Below are positions 60,708 to 64,000 of a DNA stretch of 64,000 bases, piece after piece. Location: the NCBI RefSeq assembly GCF_009834535.1, contig NC_045698.1, positions 10,418,001 through 10,482,000 of the forward strand, written 5' to 3'. Position 1 is the first letter of the stretch; each line of letters begins with the position of its first letter. Position numbers and translations under genes: made by a program. The notes below the pieces were generated by a model that saw nothing but the letters and a program-made list of their open reading frames with translations, was not told where the DNA came from and did not search any database. Origin of the DNA: Camelus ferus (taxonomy: Eukaryota).

Positions 60708-61378
60708 ATTTTTAAATTTTTTAATTATTTATTTTTTTTAAATTGAAGTATAGTCAGTTTACAATGTGTCAGTTTCTGATGTACAGCATAACAGTTCAGT
60801 CATCCATATACATATGTATATTCCTTTTCACATTCTTTTTCATTATAGGTTACTACGAGATATTGAATATAGTTCCCTGTGTTATACAGTAGAAACTTGT
60901 TGTTTATCTGTTTTATATATAGTAGTCAGTATCTGCAATTCTTGAACTCTCAATTTATCCCTTCACACCCCCTTCCCTGATAATCATTAATTTGTTTTCT
61001 GTATCTGTGAGTCTGTTTCTGTTTTGTAAATAAGTTTGTTGTCTTTTTTTTAGATTCCACATATAAGTGATATCATATGATGTTTTTCTTTCTCTTTCTG
61101 GCTTACTTCACTTAGAATGATCATCTCCGGATCCACCCATGTTGCTGCAAATGGCATTATTTTATTCTTTTTATGGCTGAATAGTGTTCCATTGAATAAA
61201 CATACCACAACTTCTTTATCCAGTCATCTGCTGATGGACATTTAGGTTGTTTCCATGTCTTGGCTATTGTAAGCTGGGCTTCTATGAACATTGGGGTGCA
61301 TGTATCATTTTGAAAAGTTCCCTCTGGATATATGCCCAAGAGTGGGATTGCTGGATGATATGGTTAGTCTGTTTTTAG
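60708..61378 (-). mobile_element. young 5'-truncated L1 (~0.67 kb), antisense
   Basis: same 3' end as the 46-47 kb copy; TSD TGTAAAGA(TG/CA)TTGATTT at 60691-60707 and 61379-61395. Confidence 0.92.
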
Positions 61379-61659
61379 TGTAAAGACATTGATTTTAGTG
61401 AACACTCTTTTTTGTTGCCTTTTCTTCCCTCTGTATTGGTAAGTTTCACTGTATTTACAGAGACTTGTGTTTGAGGGAGGCATATACACTCAATTTCTTG
61501 TGCTTATTTGCTGACTCATTTTAATGGCCTAAGATGATTGATTTATTTTTGAGGTCATCACGCAACCCACGTTTGTGGCTTCTCAGGGACTACTGAGTGT
61601 GTTATATTTTTCCAAAATAAATACTTTTTTGAAATGTATATGTGCATACTTAGTAAAAA

Positions 61660-61810
61660 AAAAAGTGTGTATATATATATATATATACACACACACCCAC
61701 TACATATATTGCCTAGTTATATATATGGTTATATGTAAGTATATATATTTACTATATATGTATTTGCTATTTGATATACACTATGTATGTAAAATAGTAA
61801 GTATGTGTGG
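61660..61810. repeat. (TA)/(CA)-rich low-complexity tract
   Basis: gtgtgtatatatatatatatatacacacacac and degenerate continuation. Confidence 0.8.
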
Positions 61811-62551
61811 CTTTAAAAGCCACATAGCTTTTAGAAGCTTGTAACAATAGCAAAATTCCCAAGCTTCTTGCTCTAAAATTTCAGCACTTCTCCTAGCTTT
61901 TCTGGTATTTCTTTTCATATTTCTAAATAATATGCCTTTTGTATTCTTTATCATTTTAGACATTATCTTTTGACTTCCTTTTATAAGAGATGACAATTTG
62001 TCTATGTTAGTTACTCTTTCCCACATTTTTATCTCTCCCCATCCTATCAGCATGGTCTGTCACAACTTTTTTTAACCTTGTTATGACTATGTCAGTATTG
62101 CCCATTGCCAAGCCAAGAAGTATGATGTAATATGTTTCCCATCTTGTACAATCGTTTGTCTTCCAGGAGTTCATTGCCTCTTTTCACTCACTTGCTTGGT
62201 TTTCTGTGTATTTTTATTTAATTTTTTTGCTAGTGAGCCATCAGCTCCACCAGATGCCTGCCATATTATTTTCCAAATGCTCCAATGCATTAATATGTAA
62301 CCAGTTCCATTCTTCTCCCTGGAGCCCTCCCTTCCAGAACCCTCTGGCTTCCTGTCTCAAGCAGTCTGATTGATCTTGTGACCAGCTATGCACACAGCTG
62401 TCATCCAGGGACTGCCCTTGGCCATGCTCAGTGGTGTTATCAAGGCCGTCTATCTCTGTCTCCACCGCCTGGTTGGGCTGGCATCACACTGGATACAGTA
62501 AGACGGCTGTGATGACTGTGGCCACTCTCACTGCAGATCCTTCCCAGTGAA

Positions 62552-63103
62552 TGAAGGGGACCAGAATATGCCACCCCCAAATTTGCCTTTTTGGCTAATG
62601 GATTATTTTGAGCTAAAGACTTATGAGAATCAGCAGACACAGGAAAAACTCTAAAAAACAGGGCATAAGTTGGGTTTTTTTGGTAAAGGAAATTTACATT
62701 TTTAAAATAAATTTCCATTTGTCAAGATGCCTCCCTCTCCTGTACCAGGAAGAGGAGGACTTTTAACTCTTATCAGTGGAGAAGGCATGACTTAAATCTG
62801 CACCACAAACCTTACTAAACCCTGGTTTACCATATCTTTCCTGGTCAGCTTCTCCTACATGCCTCCCTTGGCCAGAAGCCCCAAACCCCTCTTCTTTGTT
62901 TAGCCTCAGATGGCATATAAGCCCAAATTCTAGCCACCTCTTTGGGCTACTCACCACTGGGTGCTCCCATGTAATTCGTGATGCACATGTAAAAAAACTT
63001 CTGTTTTTCTCTTGTTAATCTGTCTTTTGCCTGTCTAATTTATAGGATCACAGCAGGGAAACCTAAGATGATTAAAGGAAAAAGATTTTTTCCCTTCCAC
63101 TAT
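62552..63103 (+). mobile_element. ERV1-type solo LTR (MER34/MER39-like)
   Basis: tgaaggggaccagaatatgccacccccaaat...tttttctcttgttaatctgtctttt...aaagattttttccctt. Confidence 0.75.
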
Positions 63104-63789
63104 CCTAGCAACCCTAGTGAAAAGTGACTTCTTTATTTTAATATCATATTTCAAACCCAGGGAAGGCTCCAGTCGCCTCTATGTGTGTGTCACTGGCCCC
63201 TTCGTGAACACAGCGATGAGGTGCTCTAATGGCCCTTGTGATTTACAGCCCCTTTAAGACATCATGGAACCAGGGAGGGTGGGCATTTCCTGAAAGAAGG
63301 GGCCCAGCCAACCCACCCCCTGTGCCCACTGCAGGGCTGGACCAAGGAAAGACTGATGGAGGGGCATTAACTTGGGAGCCGGGGGACCAGGGCTCTATTC
63401 TTGGTCGTGCCTACTGAGTAGCTCCATGACCTTGGGGAAATTGATGGGCTTCCTCTCGTCACCTCAGAGTCAACTCCCTTCAAAGGAAGGATCTAGAGTA
63501 GACTTTGTGCTATTATCCAAGATTCTAAAATCGTATCCTCTGTCCAAAAAGAGCTTGTAATATAAAAGGTGCTCTGTCTCGGACGATGGTGTAGATCACA
63601 AAACAATAATGGAACAGTAATGGAAAAGAGAAGTGGAACCAGAAAATAAATGTCCCAAAACAATGATTTCCTTGATTAAACTTGTATTGTAGGCCAGGCC
63701 TTGTTAAACGTTTTATTTGGATTATCACATTTTTAACTTCCAAGATTTCTCTCTTGTTCTCTGATTAACCCAGTTTCAAAGCACCTTGT

Positions 63790-63950
63790 TACATACATCT
63801 CTGTGCCTCCATCTCCTCATCTGTAAAATAGGGATAATAATCTTACCTACTTAGTGAGATTTATGGTAAGAATTAAATGAAACAATGCATGTAAAACACT
63901 GAGAAGTACCAGGAATACGATAATCGTTCAGTATGTATTATCAACATTAT
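63790..63950 (+). mobile_element. MIR SINE
   Basis: tctctgtgcctccatctcctcatctgtaaaatagggataataa...aattaaatgaaacaatgcatgtaaa. Confidence 0.85.
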
Positions 63951-64000
63951 TATTAGCTATTCTTCTGCTTGGTTTTCTTCCTACTGGACATTTGAGGGGG

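Noticed and set aside
1..64000. CRISPR array, operon or other prokaryote-type system
   Set aside because: The sequence is a spliced mammalian locus with no regularly spaced repeat-spacer array.

Overview
Mammalian genomic DNA, probably camelid (tRNA-Ala-derived SINEs and L1 type; inferred). It holds the 3' part of TRIO on the + strand: 21 coding exons (about human exons 37-57) at 907-34557, all with GT-AG ends and consistent phases. They encode the RhoA-type DH2-PH2 GEF unit, a Gly/Pro/Ser-rich linker, SH3-2, the Ig-like domain and the Ser/Thr kinase, followed by a ~1.8 kb 3' UTR to ~36365. The remaining ~27 kb is repeat-rich (L1, MIR, SINE, LTR and DNA-transposon fossils) with no other recognisable gene. 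The most interesting signals are: (1) an isoform hub at exon 48/intron 48 (internal donor giving ...KMSE*, read-through tail, TACTAAC cluster, orphan acceptor, CpG island, CTCF motif, decayed alternative first exon); (2) an orphan terminal-exon candidate ~9.4 kb past the poly(A) site that may correspond to the Tgat exon and is interrupted by a young L1; (3) a CAG|GTGAGT dual splice site at exon 47 sitting on an L1 fossil; (4) an unexplained nested hairpin at 59.9 kb. Exon numbers, human isoform comparisons and repeat family names come from recall, not from searches.
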